Shown here piece after piece: positions 39,544-52,331 of a stretch of 64,000 nucleotides of DNA. Source of the DNA: Euglena gracilis (taxonomy: Eukaryota); the NCBI GenBank assembly GCA_039621445.1, contig CP154954.1, positions 44,929,847-44,993,846 of the forward strand. Direction: 5' to 3'. The notes beneath the pieces are model-generated. The model was not told where the DNA came from and ran no database searches. It worked only from the letters and a program-made list of their open reading frames with translations. Every line of letters begins with the position of its first letter. Position 1 is the stretch's first letter. Made by a program: the position numbers and the translations under genes.

Positions 39544-42500
39544 CCTTTGGCCAGTTTTCGGCCGACACCCAAACATGGCAACCCTCAAATATGATCAGCC
39601 CCTGACTGCTGGAATTTTCTTTAAAGCGACATGGAAACTGCAGGAATCAGCAATACTCCAAACATATTAACTCCTGAGGCCTATTTTTGGAAACCCAAAT
39701 ATTAGGCAACTGGCTGCGTATAGTGTATGGTGTTTTTTTGACATTTTTCCGGTGAATTTTTTAATTGAATGTGATGGGATGGCTGCCTGCTGTGGCATCA
39801 TGCTTTTGACAAGCCTGTTGTTTACTCAAATTAATGCTTTTACAGATGCATTTTTTCCGGATGTTTTCTTTTCTCCTACGACAGCACTTCAGCACAGGGG
39901 ATGAACCACTGCGCTTTGAAGGAGCAAAGCACCCTGCACAGGTTGCATTAGGGAATAAAACATGTGATTGATGTACAGCTAGCGGACACCCGAGTTGGGA
40001 GTTTCGGACAAAATGAAGATCCCTTTTGGACAAATTTTGTTGTCTGTCGCGGACACCTCCCCAAGAACCCCCGTGGACACCATTATTGGTCCCCAATGGA
40101 CAAGAGGTTTTGGCCCCCATGGACATTTTCGTTGAGCCCGCATGGACACTCTGTGCGGGACTCGTGATTTTTTCCCCCCTTCTTTCAGTTTTTGTGTGAA
40201 GCCGGAGTTTACTACAGAAAAGGTGGCACGGACAGAACCGGCGTTCCCCCCCATTTGGTTCTGTCTTGAACCCGGCGGCCCCAACGCCGGTAAAAAAAAA
40301 CACATTGAGGTTTTTTTGGTTTTACATACCATTTACCCCCCCCCCCCTGTTTGGCCGCCCTCCGGGCGGGCTGGACCCCCCCTTTTTTGGCCAATTGGGG
40401 GGACAATTAGGTTTCCAGTTGTGAAGCCCCAACTGGAAAGACATTTTTTGTTTTAAGGCATTTTCGTTTGAAATGAGTACCCCCGCCGCCCCCTGATTGG
40501 CCAATTGGGCTCAGGCCAATTGGAGGGTCGCGTTATTTAAGAATGGTCAAATCAATTTAACCTTGATACAAATGAACCAGAAAGCGTTTTTTTTTCAGTG
40601 AGTGGAGAAAAACAACCAGGGAGGACATCTTGATTTTGAAGAATTTGAAACCCACACTGAGAAGGTGCCCGTTGTGGACATGCTGGGTCCATATTATTGT
40701 GATATGCGTGAGTGGATGGAGAAGGCTGGGAGGAGCAGGCCAGACCTTTACAAAATGCTTTTTTTTTCACACTGCAGCAGTTTTAGGATTCGCACAACAG
40801 AAAGGTCTAAAACAACCCCTTTGAGTGAACGATATTGGACATTCGCCAACCTGATCGGTTTGTCTGTAATTCCTAAAAGCACATCATATCATTCAGCCTG
40901 TGTCCCAGCTCACCTGGTGATGGACCAAACAGCTTTTTGAGAAACATTTGTGAAAAGATGGTGACATTTGTAAAAGTGGAGAGAGTGTTTTGGATGTTGG
41001 TTGGCAAAGAGACCACCTTTTCTGTTAAATGACCAATAAAAAGTTGTACATTGTATCATGATCTAAATTAAGGTGAGTTTAGTGCTTTTGAAAAGGTGTG
41101 TACAAACATGGACACAAACCACAGTTGCTATGTTTAGGGAATGTTTATTGCTACCAAGAAAGGTTGCTTCAGAAAAATTTAATTTATGGACAGAAAGTTT
41201 GGTCATCAATGTGAACGTGCGGCATTGTAATGAGAAACCGTGTGGAACAGCTTCGGAGAATTTACTGGATGATCCCTCTGCTTCCCACATTTGTGACACG
41301 TTGGGAGTTGCAGCTTGGCCCCACCTTTTGGGTGGAAGATGATCAAATACACAGACTCTCAAAGACATTCCACCTAATTTCATTTGAATTGCAGTGTTTG
41401 CCGTGGAATTTTCAGTTCCAGGTTTCAGACGGGTTTCCCTGCTAAAAGTGTCCATCGGGGCCTGAATTTCATGGGCCAGGGGGTTTACTATTTGTGTCCC
41501 CGGGGGTCCTACAGAAAAGTCCCCCAGTCTCCCATTTCCTGCCCAGCGGGGGCCAACGAAAATGTCCAGCGGGGTCCAACAATTGTGTCTGCCGGCTGTA
41601 AAACAAACACCCCCAAATGGTGAAAACAGGTCGAGAGTGTATTTCTGGATCCCTTGGACCATCGCCTATCCGCCCAAAACACAAATGGATAAAATGCTTT
41701 TTCGGATTTGAGTTTTCGACCCCATTCAACGCTTGGACCATACACTGCTTTCTGTCGGACCCCACTCCCCCCCCCAAGCAGGGCTGTACTCCGCAACCCC
41801 ATGGGTGGTTGGTGGGGGGGGGTCGACCCCGCCTACCAGGCCACTAGTATTTCCAGGGGCGCAAATTTCTAGGTCAAAAATTTTCTTTCGGCGCCAAAGG
41901 AAATTTCCTTGCACGGATGCTGTGATGCCGCCATTGGCTGCTGTGCGTGTGGCATCCACATCCGCACCTAAAATAAAACAATGCACACCGGCCCTGAGGG
42001 GCCCTGGAAATCTGCCTGAGCTGCTGAGTCGACCACCGACGGTTCTGCCGATCCCTTTCAGGGATGTGTTCCAACCAAGTGAAGTGAAGCAGTGTGAAAC
42101 TCCCCAGGAACTGTCAGTCTTTTGCCTGCATGTTTTCTTGTGTTAGCATCAGCATTGTATTCATCGCCGTCCAAAAAGTTTCACAGTTTTTGTTTTCCCC
42201 GTTTCTTTCCTCAAATGAATCGCAAAGAAATTCACGTCGCAGAACCCGTCCTCGTGGGTTTCCCATTGGGTGGTGCTGTCCCACGTCTCCTCACAACGCC
42301 TGGCCCGCAGCCGCTGACTTCTTCGGAGGTGCCCCCCCCCCCCCTCCGAGGAGACACACCCGAGGTCGATAAATATTCTCACCCGTCTCTGCCTTTGACG
42401 GATCGAGTAGCAGTGGCTCGGACAGCACCGATGCCCCCACTGCGGCCCCTGCCACAGAGCGTCGCTCGGGCGGAATGGGACCCCACTCTGGAGGGGATCC

Positions 42501-43259
42501 GCCCTGCCTTCAATCTCGGCCTTCTGTCAAGTTTTAATTAGCAGCTTTCACCTGAGTGATGACATGGGGTGGAGCCCCCACAGTGCCCCCCACAGTGACC
42601 CCCCCCCCTACATCCCCTCCCAGTGATTTGACACAGAGGAGGTTCATTTTTTTAAATGCAAATTGATGTCCTCCCTCAACAAGTAATCCAGACAAAACTG
42701 TAGCACTGCATGCCCGCCCATGCTGGAAGGATTAGGTTAGGATTGGTGACCATTTGAAGAGGTTGGTTTAGGGTTGGATAGGTCCAGGTTGACGCTGAAA
42801 CCAGGCCCAAATTAGGCCAACATTTAGGAGCATCTGTGGCCTATCTTCCCAACTTTATCCTCATCCTAACCCTGATCCTCTTCCGAAGCAGAACCGTGCT
42901 CTAACCCTATTCCGACAAAAAGCAAACACCAAAGAAAAGAGAGTGGAAAACATGGGGATACTTGGCTTTCAGGCTCTCTTGCTGAACGCAGGGGCCTGTC
43001 GCACTTTTTTTTTGAAAATTGACTTTTTTTTATTGAAAAAAGCACATATTTATCGAGTCGGAAAAATTCTCGGTGTCTTACCACAAATTTGGGGGAATCA
43101 GTGGCCGTACTTTTGGGTTGGCCAGGGTTTAGAAAATGCCGACTTTTCCTCCTCCGCCACCCACCCCCTGGAAACCACCCACTTGTCCTCGCCGTGGCTG
43201 GGCGTTGCCCCACCACCTATTCCGCCCGGAGACTGTCTCCCGGGGCGGGGTTTGCCCGG

Positions 43260-43560
43260 CGCCGCCCTGCCCCGCCGACCTCCCCCTCCGCCCCGGCGCC
43301 GTCCTCGCCGCGGCGCCGCCCCGCCCCCCGCCCCCCGCCGCGGCCGACGCCTTCGACGCGGCCGCCGGGGCCGCCCAGACCACCCCGGGCACCAACCAAG
43401 GACCACCGGCGGCGGCGGGGGCGGCGGCGGCGGCGGCGCTCGTCCTGTTGGCGGTGGGCTACGTCGGGGTGGGGCGGCGGCCGACCCGCCCGGCGGCGGG
43501 GCCGTGGCTGCAGGAGGAGGAGGAGGAGGAGGGGAATGGCGCTGGCGTCCGGGTGTCCCC
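43260..43560 (+). CDS. Putative late gene A exon with Ala/Pro-rich stalk, transmembrane segment and acidic tail
   Basis: AAAGAAAAAALVLLAVGYVGVGRR...LQEEEEEE; GC3-rich; link to gene A is inferred. Confidence 0.45.
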
Positions 43561-46064
43561 GGTGCACGGGGGGCCCAATCGCTGGCGTGGCAGAGAATTG
43601 TGCATATTGGTGTGCGGATGCTCTTGGCTCTGAGGCTCTTCCAGCCAGCCATGTCCTCTGACAGGTCAACCACCTCTGGGGACCCCTGACAGTTTCAATG
43701 GGGGTCAACAAACGACAGTGCATGCAGGAGGTTCGAGGGGTCTTCCTTCAAAGGTGCTGGAGGCCCCCGGCGTGACGCCAAGAGGAGGGGTTGGCAGAAA
43801 GGCTGTGCCAGCCACAGGTCTCTGGACCCTCCCATCGCAGAATGAGCTAAAATGCGGCCCCATTCTGTCTGTGGGTGGCGGACTCCATCGGTGCCCTGAG
43901 GTTGTGCGCCCACCGGACCGCCGAAGGCACCCGCAGGGGACTGCGGCGCCCGCTGTGAGCCCGTCGGCCCCCCCGACCAGGACCGGCCTCCCAAGCCATA
44001 CCCTTTGGCAACACTCTGAGCCAGGACGAAGCTCGTAGTTGGCAGCAGACGATCCAAGGCGGAGGAAGCAAGAGCCCGGTTCTGGGGTGGCCACCGAGCG
44101 CGTCCCCCCCCCCCCAATGGTGCACAGCATCAAAGCAGAAATCCCCACAGCCCCCCTCCAATCGCAGCGGGGGGAGGCGGCAAGGCCCAGGCCGCCCTGC
44201 CCGCAGCCAGTGAGCCGCAGCGCACTCACACGACCCCGGTGGGCCGCACCGCCCGCCGCACCACGCTGCGCCTTTCCGCCGGGCGGTCGCTGGCGGCGGT
44301 GCCCCAGCCCCCAGGCCAGGATGTAGGGGTCATGCCCTTGCGTGGGGGTGGTCCGACCCCCCCCCCCTCCCCAGGGGTGACTGACTGGTTTTTGGCTCCG
44401 GATCCAGCCCCAGAAGTGGCACACCAGAATCATTTCAAAAAAAAAACTTCACCAGAGTCTTCTGGATTTGGGCCATTTTTGCTTGAGCACCAGAGTGATC
44501 GGTTGGCTTCTATTCTTGACTGAGAGAGGGAAAGGCCGAGTTGTGTTCCTCACTCTTGTCATGTGTCCCCTCCGTTGTGGAAGCTTTGAGACCTCCACGG
44601 ACCGGATTTCCCCATCCCTCACCACAGGCAGGCCCCGATGCATTCGGGGGAGGGGTTGCATGGCCGTCGCCTGCGCCAGTCCCCCCGCCGCGGTCCCATC
44701 CACATCCCCGTCCGCCGTCCCGCGGGTGTTTGCATTCGGCCCGCGGCGACCCCCTGCCGACCTATGCCCCGCCCCGCCCCGCCCACCCCTGCGGTGGTCC
44801 GGGGCCGGGGCAGGCCCGCATCGCCCAACACTTCCTCCCCCCCCCCCACCGCCTGCCCACTCGGATCCTCCTGGTTGCCGCAAGCAACTGCTCCCCTGGG
44901 GCCTGCCTTTGGGGGCCGGGCGGAAGCATGAGCGCTGTGCCGAAGGCCCTTGTGCACCGCTGAGGGGGATTTGGAACGGGGACTCCGCCGGGGTTGGGGG
45001 GCAGGCATTTGCTTAAGGGATTGCAGTACCCCCCCGGGGGGGGGGGGCTGGACTGCAGCTAGTCCAAATTTGGCTAGTGGGTTTTCTAGCAGACCCCCCC
45101 CAGGGGGGGGTCTGCTAGCAGGGCTAGCTAGTGGGAAAATTTTTTCCAGTGACCGGCGCGAAGCGCCGAAAATTTTTTTGGGACCCCCAAAAATGGCCAA
45201 AAATGCCCGTTTTTGGCCATTTTTGGAAATTTTTGGAACAAAATCAGCCAAAAACCTATTAAAAACCTCATTTTTCCTCCGGCGCTGCGCTGGAGGAAAA
45301 TTTTTTTTCCAGTCCGGGGGACCCCCGGACCCCCCCCCCCCCCCGGGGGGGGGGGGGTCTGGCTAGGCCCCTTTTTCCAGTGTCTAGCCAATTGGCTAGC
45401 CAGTACCCCCCCCCGGGGGTCCTTAAGCAAAAGCCTGTTGGGGGGCACCTTCCTGGCCAGAGGTCCTGTGACTGGGATTTCACTTTCAGAAGCCCCATAA
45501 CCACAGAAGAGGCCAAATCGTGACACACGTTGAAATTGGGGGAAATCGAAGATGGTGCAATTGCCCGAGATGTGATGCTGCATGGGTCAGGGCAGGGAAG
45601 ATTGCTATCGAAGGAGTTGAAAGGTTGCATTGGCACCAGGCTTCTTTTTTAAAGTCAGAAGACCATCCCGGGGGGGGGGGTCTGGGCTAGACCCCCGGGG
45701 AGGGGGTCCCGGGCCGGAGGCCCAGGTGGGAGTTTCAACGCGAACCGGCGATGATGATTTGGGAATGTCCTCAGACGGTCCCCCGGGGAGCCCTGCGCCT
45801 GGCTGGGTGGGTGGGGGACCCCCCATGGGGGGGGTCTTAAAGTCACCTGCGGCCTGTGTGTCTTGGCTCGGAAAGTCAAGCAAAAAGTATGCCTTGACCT
45901 AACCATCTTCTTTTTTTCTGATCCAGCCAATCCCCCCCCCGCACCCAGACGCAAAAAAAGGTCTTTTAATGCTTGAAATGCTTCCGCCCCAGGGGTTTGC
46001 AGTGCATGGCCACGCTTCCATGCCCCCCCCCAGCCCTCCGCCGGCTCCGCCCTCCTCGCCGGCC

Positions 46065-46087
46065 GCAGCCTCGCCTGTCTCTGCCAG
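46065..46087 (+). promoter_or_regulatory. Candidate spliced-leader trans-splice acceptor of gene B
   Basis: Pyrimidine-rich CCTCGCCTGTCTCTGCCAG ending 15 nt before ATG 46103. Confidence 0.4.
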
Positions 46088-46102
46088 GCACCCCCACTCC
46101 AA

Positions 46103-46166
46103 ATGGCCGGGGGGCACTGGCTGCTCGCCACCGCCCTGCTCGCCCTCTGCAGCCCCGCGGTGGCAG
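46103..46166 (+). CDS. C1A peptidase homologue gene B, exon 1 (signal peptide)
   Basis: MAGGHWLLATALLALCSPAVA-D; the junction lies in the 8-bp direct repeat GGCAGACC (46162-46169 / 46604-46611). Confidence 0.75.
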
Positions 46167-46608
46167 ACCACGCTGCTGTCTTTGTCATTCAAGGCCCATC
46201 TGGGGGCGGTCTGCCGGGACCCACACCCCACTCCCTGGAGGTTTGGCCAGTTGGCAGCCAGGCCTGCGCCCGCCAGCCTGGCCACATTGGGAGTGACTCC
46301 CTCTCCACCCGTCATCTTGGCCCTCCCGAATTTTTTTGGCGGTTCCCAAAATTCCGCAAAAAAAAAACCGCCCGGTGTTTTCCCTCCGCCCCGCTTTTCT
46401 ACCAAGTATTTTTTTTGAACAAAATACTGTGGCAGGTTTGCGGTTGTGATTGTGGACGCTGATGTGTTTTCACTAACCGCAGTTGACCTTGGGACGCAAG
46501 AGACCCTTCCCCCCCAGGGGGCCCCCCAGCGGTGGACGCCCTGGCTTTATGGCCCCGCCCCGCTTCCGAGTGCCCGGCAAACCGTAAATCAACGGCGGCG
46601 TGGGGCAG

Positions 46609-46679
46609 ACCCCCTCACAGCGGCGGACCTCGCCGCGCTGCGGGCGCGGGCCGCGCCAGAGGGCTGGACGTTCGCCGTG
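46609..46679 (+). CDS. Gene B exon 2 (propeptide)
   Basis: DPLTAADLAALRARAAPEGWTFAV; the next intron has a perfect 13-bp stem GGCGGGGCGTCGC / GCGACGCCCCGCC. Confidence 0.8.
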
Positions 46680-46824
46680 GGGCGGGGCGTCGCTTACGCC
46701 ACAGGGCCCCCCTCCCCCGGGGTCCCGCCAGCCGGCCCGCCGGCCCCCTTTCTCCCGCCAGCCCAACTTCGCCCGCCTCTGAGCCGGACTCCCCCGGGGG
46801 GCCGCTACGCGACGCCCCGCCGCA

Positions 46825-46904
46825 GGTCGCAACGCCGCCACCGGCCGCCGCCTCGCGGACCTCACCGGCCTCGCCCCGCCGCCGGACTTTGTGGAGGCCG
46901 CCGC
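46825..46904 (+). CDS. Gene B exon 3 (propeptide)
   Basis: GRNAATGRRLADLTGLAPPPDFVEAA. Confidence 0.8.
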
Positions 46905-47762
46905 GCCCAGGGCGGCGATGGGGGAGGGGGGGAATGGCCGGGGGCGGCGGTGCTCTTCCTTCCCCCCTTCAGCTGCCCCGGGCGATGCCGCCTGCGGATG
47001 CCCCCCACAAGCATCCCACCCACTCAAGTGTCCTGCGGGTTCGATTTCCATTTTTGGGCGACTTTCTCTTCGTACCTGAAAGATTATAAACTCGAGAAAA
47101 TCCAGAAGATAAATGGAATTGGCGAAAAATGCCCCCTGTTTTTGAAAGTGGACGTACCCCCTCCCTATGTCCGCCCCCCCCCCCAATGTTGTTGAACATG
47201 GGGAGGGCACAAAAGATGTTCCAAAAAAAAGATCAATATTTGGGGGTTTCCTGGCTTATTTTGGAATATGTTGCCTGACATATTTTCTCCCATTTCAAAC
47301 GTGAGCAAGTTGAAATACGGATTGCAAATACTGCAAACACAAGATACCAAAATTCTGAATGGTATAGTTTATAATATTAAGCACTGCGAACTTGGCAATC
47401 TTCGAGTTGAGGAAAACCCCTTCACAAAAAACACAGAACCCTCCTCCCTGAGGGTCTTGATATTCCACAACCAACGTAGAACCAGGGTTGTTTTCAGGGG
47501 GCTGGGGTTGGTTTTGTTCCAGAATGTCCCTAGCACTCAAATTGCATCAGTATTTTGGATCTCCAATTCCCCCCTATTATATTTTTCCCCGATTAGTTTC
47601 CCGGGAGTGCAATCCAAACGAATGCATCTCCAGGTGGATTGCACTGCAGAAATGTTTCCTACAACCTGGAGGCCTCCCAACCCCCCACACACCATAAACT
47701 GGGAGGTGCCCCCCCCCCCCAGAGGGTGTCCCAGATGTCCCCCTGAAAGCGACCCTGCCCGC

Positions 47763-47841
47763 CACAGAGACGACGGATCTGGACAGCCCGCCGCTGCCGG
47801 AGGAGTTTGACTGGCTGGTCTTTGTGCAGCAGTGGTACGGG
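47763..47841 (+). CDS. Gene B exon 4 (start of mature domain)
   Basis: TETTDLDSPPLPEEFDWLVFVQQWYG. Confidence 0.85.
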
Positions 47842-48043
47842 GTCCTGGGGCAGCCTGACCGGACGACAATTGTCCCGCCTTCCGTCTGGCAGAGGATCCC
47901 GTCAATAAGTTGTCATTTTCCCGTTGTGTGGTTGGCTTGTGTTGTTCTCCATTGTTCTGAAGTTGACAGCATGAGGTTACCTAAAAGTTGTTGACCCGCC
48001 CCCCACAATGGAGAGTCTGTGGAATGGAGTGGACAACCCCCCC

Positions 48044-49602
48044 CAGACCTCCATTTAGTATGTATCACCAAAAATTTTTTTACGTATCACATGTATCACA
48101 GCCTAAAAGTTAATGTATCACATATGTATCACCAAAAATTTTTTAATGTATCACATATGTATCACCAAAAATTTTTTAATGTATCACATATGCATCACCA
48201 ATCTTTTTTAGAAATTTTTACATTTTTACATTTTTACATCGAAATGTTTTTTCAGCTTCCTGTTCCACTTTTTCTTGTTTCTTTGCCTCTCTGCCTCTGC
48301 AGACAAATGGAATATGCGCAGGGGGACCTCGAATCCTCTGCAGAATCATCGTCTGTGGCATCAGTCGGGGTTGAGGAAGTTCCGAAAGAGATGTTGTCAT
48401 TGGAGGTCGTTTCAACACAGAAGGAAGAAAGTGATTACTCTTGTCCATGGTTTGAGGAATTGTTGTCTCGGAATCCTGTATTCCGTCGTTTTGAAGGTTC
48501 CCTTCGGAAGGAGGGCTTTGACAGCAAGGAAACTTTTGGATTCATCACAATTGAGGACATGGCACGCATGGCAATTCCACCGGGGGTGACTTTTAGCCAC
48601 TTTTGGCCACTTTTGGCCATTTTAGGTTGCTTTTGTCTCCTTTTGGCCCATTTGTCACCATAATTCATCAATTTTGACCTATGTTGACCATTTTTGGCCA
48701 CTTTTTGCCCACTTTTTGTAATTTTGGGCCATTTTGTCCTGCTCTTGGGCCATTTTGGGCCATTTTTGACCATTTAAAGCCATTTTCGACCTTTTTTTTG
48801 TTATTTTTGCCCATTTTTTTGGTCTCTTTTTGGTCCAATTTGACCATTTTTGAGCATTTTGTGCCAGTTTGTTGCCAAAAGAACAAAAAAAGCTTCTAAA
48901 GTGACCAAAATTGGCCAAAAGCAAGGCCATTTTGGGCCATTCTTGGCTTTTTTGGACCACTTTGGGCATTTTTTTTTGTTATTTTTTTGCCTGCTTTTGG
49001 TAACTTTTTGGTCCATTTTGATCATTTTTGACCATTTTGCGCCAGGTGCAGCTTCTGGAGTCTCAAAAACAGTGTCCAAAACAGCTTTTCTTTGGCCTCT
49101 TTTGCCCACTTTTGGCCATTTTAACCATTTTTGCCCCCCACCTACGGCCGACTATTTTGCCGACCACTGCCAACCGCATACACCCCATACCCGTTTTCTT
49201 CGATTTTCCGACTTCTTTGACCTGGAAATGATCCCCAAATGCATGGGTTCCGGGCTAAAAAACGAGGGGCCGCCGACCGCGGGCTAAAATTTGGAATCTG
49301 TCATAGGTGCTTGGTCAGCACCACGGAAGTGGGGATGGAGCAGCCATGGGACCTGAGTTCCTGAAGCCCGGGTGAGCGCCATCATACGTGCGTCTGTGAA
49401 TTTTTCATCTTAAAATTTTGTGTTTCACAATTTTATTATATGTTTCACCAAGGAGAATTTGTGTATCAAATATGTATCACCAAAATTTTTTTAATGTATC
49501 ACATATGTATCACCAAAAAAAATTTAATGTATCACATACGTATCACCAAAAAAAATTTAATGTATCACAGATACGTTGTGATACGCACTAAATGGAGGTC
49601 TG
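48044..49602. mobile_element. 1.56-kb non-autonomous hAT-type element in a gene B intron, 8-bp TSD ACCCCCCC
   Basis: TIR CAGACCTCCATTTAGT / ACTAAATGGAGGTCTG; many TGTATCAC subterminal repeats. Confidence 0.9.
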
Positions 49603-50004
49603 ACCCCCCCCCCAGAGGAGGGGTTCCTCCATTTTCGCCCCGAAAGGTTTTTGGGTTGGGTTAGTGAGTGAGTGGGTGGAGGCTCAGAAAGAAACTTTGG
49701 CATGTGTATGCGTAGTGTGTGTGCATTGTGTTGTGTGTGTGGTGTGTGTTGTGGTGTATGCTGTGCTGTGCTGTGTTGCTCTGCACTGTGCTGCGTTTGG
49801 ATGAGTTGAGCTTAGTGGTGAATGTGCATGATGTGAGTTGTGTGAATGTGCACATTTTGTGGGGAGGTGTGAGTGAGTGAGTGAGTGAGTGAGTGAGTGA
49901 GTGAGTGAGTGAGTGAGTGTGTGTGTGTGTTGTGTTGTGTGTGTGTGTGTGTGTGTGCGTGCACTCATATATCTTAAAGAATGTGTCAGTTTACCCCTGT
50001 CGGC

Positions 50005-50109
50005 AGCGACATCCCTGTGAGAGACCAGGGACAATGCGCCGCCAGCTGGGCTTTCGCCACTGTGGGGATGATGGAGTGGGTGCTGAAGATCAACACCGGT
50101 GTTACAAAC
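50005..50109 (+). CDS. Gene B exon 5 (active-site Cys replaced by Ser)
   Basis: SDIPVRDQGQCAASWAFATVGMMEWVLKINTGVTN; AGC at 50044-50046. Confidence 0.92.
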
Positions 50110-50243
50110 AGCCAGGGATGCCACAGAAATTTGGGTGCCACCGCTGTTTCGTGTCTTTTCTCTTCCGGATGGAATTTGCTCCTGGGGGCATTTCTATGTG
50201 AACAATGACGTGTCGGGGTTGTTGGATGTTGGACCTCAATCGG

Positions 50244-50244
<1 letters not shown>

Positions 50245-50333
<89 letters not shown>
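50245..50333. repeat. (CA)n microsatellite in an intron
   Basis: Perfect CA run. Confidence 0.97.
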
Positions 50334-50335
<2 letters not shown>

Positions 50336-50407
50336 GTGCACACGTGCACACGCTCACACAAGTGCGGACAGAAGGCAGGCAAACCTGATCTGGGCCTCCC
50401 TGTGGTT

Positions 50408-50449
50408 GATCTGTCCGTGCAGCACCTCCTGTCTTGCCGGCCCAACCGA
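50408..50449 (+). CDS. Gene B exon 6
   Basis: DLSVQHLLSCRPNR; upstream intron stem CAGGGATGCC / GGCCTCCCTG. Confidence 0.85.
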
Positions 50450-50549
50450 AAACAGACGGCCCAAGGCAGTCCCGGAATTGTCGGACGCAGCCTGGCCGAT
50501 GAGTGCGCCCCCGATCCCCCGGGGATGCGACCCGGGGCCCCTTGCCGGG

Positions 50550-50664
50550 GACGGCTGCCGCGGGGGCTGGTTCACCCCGCAGATGCTGCTGCAGCCCGGG
50601 GCCATCGAGGACCGGCGCTTCCCGTACGCCGGCCGGGACGTCGACTGCGTGGCCACCGACCTCT
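50550..50664 (+). CDS. Gene B exon 7
   Basis: DGCRGGWFTPQMLLQPGAIEDRRFPYAGRDVDCVATDL. Confidence 0.87.
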
Positions 50665-51360
50665 GCCCGGGCGGAGGGGACGCGGCGCTTGGGGAGTGTC
50701 TGTCCCTGGGGGAGAGGAGCAGGTCTGAATGGACCGACCCCCCGAGAAGTTTCAGCCGAGTCCGAGCAGCGTCTTGTTGCCCAGCAGAAAGAACCGCAAG
50801 GGAGCCAGCCATCCCCCCCAGGGTGTCCAGTGGGGGAGGGGAGGGGGGTCAGACCCCCCCTCCCCCCCTTTGGACCGGGGGGGGGGTCCAGGACCCCCCA
50901 GGAACCCCAAAAATGTTTTCACAGGGGGAGAGGCAGGGATAGATGGGAAGCCTTGAAGGGGGGGTCGGACACCCCCCCCTCCTACCTCGAAAACTGAAGG
51001 GGGCCGGGAAAGTTTTCGGTTTTGTGAACAGGCAAAGGCCCGAAACGCAGGCCAAAATTGGGCAAAAATCCCCTTTTCATTGAAACTAAATCCAAAACTG
51101 CCCATTTTTGAAAAATTTTAACCATTTTTTTTCTCACGTGGAAAACACCAAAACATCAAAGAATGCAATGGCCAGGGGGGTCCGGACCCCCCCCCCCCCC
51201 CCCCACCCACCTCAAAACCGAAGGGCTTCCCATCTCTCCCTGGGGTGGTGGTCCGATCCCACCCGGCTCCCCTCCGGGGGAGGGAGGGAGTCCAGCCCCC
51301 CCCCCTCCCCGTTCACCTAATGCCCTGCCCCCCACCCCCTGCAGCCCTCCCCCCGGCCCT

Positions 51361-51473
51361 GCCCGGTGGCCAAGGCGTTCGGCCACGAGTACATCCCCCT
51401 GCCCCCGCAGGAGGAGGGGCGGGTGCATGCCATCAAGCGCATCATTTGGAACGAGGGCCCGGTGGCGGCCGCC
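51361..51473 (+). CDS. Gene B exon 8
   Basis: CPVAKAFGHEYIPLPPQEEGRVHAIKRIIWNEGPVAAA; upstream stem CGGGCGGAGGG / CCCTCCCCCCG. Confidence 0.88.
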
Positions 51474-52297
51474 GTCCAGGGTTCGATACAAGGGGGGTGT
51501 ATGGGGTTTAGGCTGCCCCTCCTCTTGGACCGAGGTGTCCGCCCCCCCCCCCCGCCTTCCAAGGGGGTCCAGATTGATTCAGGTGGACAAGGAGAAGAGC
51601 ACAGAGCCCAGCGGGGGTCCAAAGGGTTGGGGAAGCAGCAGCAGCAACAGCAGCCCAGCAAGCAGCAGCGGAAAGTATTCTTTCCCAGGGGGACCCAGCG
51701 GGCCGCGGTGATAAAAAGGGCCCACTGCAGGTGACACCGGTACCCGCCGGCACGCAGTGGAGGAGTAGGTCCCTTACCACCCCGAGAACCTCTTGGGAAC
51801 ATAATCGAGCAGCAACAGAAGCAGCAGCAACAGCAGTAGCTAAAAAGGGGAGCTGAAACTCCAAGGGGGGAGGGGAAGGGCAAGGAAAACACAAAACGGA
51901 AGTTTGATGTCCCAGTGAATATGGGGTCAGACAATTATTGGGAGTTGCTCCGAAGAAAGGGCCAGAAGCGGAATGCAGCGCCAGGCCTTAAACCAGACAG
52001 AAGCCAAAGTGCACCTAAGGGGGTCCAGATTGACCCTGGTGGGTATCCGGGTCCCCCAAAAGGTCAATTTTTTCCTTCTGGCACTTTGCGCACTTTTTTT
52101 TTTGGAATTTGTCCAAAACGTGCCCAAAATGGCACTTTTGGCTGACTTTGGGTGGCAAAGTTTTCCGCCTGGCGTTGTGTGCCGGGTCAAAAATTGGTCA
52201 CCTGGGCCATGCCACTGTTTCGATGGGGGGGGGTCCCAACCTCTTCCCCTTCCATGAGGGGGGCTCTCCACCTGCCCTCATATTGAGCCCTGCCGCA

Positions 52298-52331
52298 GTC
52301 GCAGTGAACCGCGCCTTTCAGGCCTACACTG
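52298..52331 (+). CDS. Gene B exon 9 (34 nt)
   Basis: VAVNRAFQAYT-G; upstream stem CAGGGTTCGATA / TATTGAGCCCTG. Confidence 0.88.
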
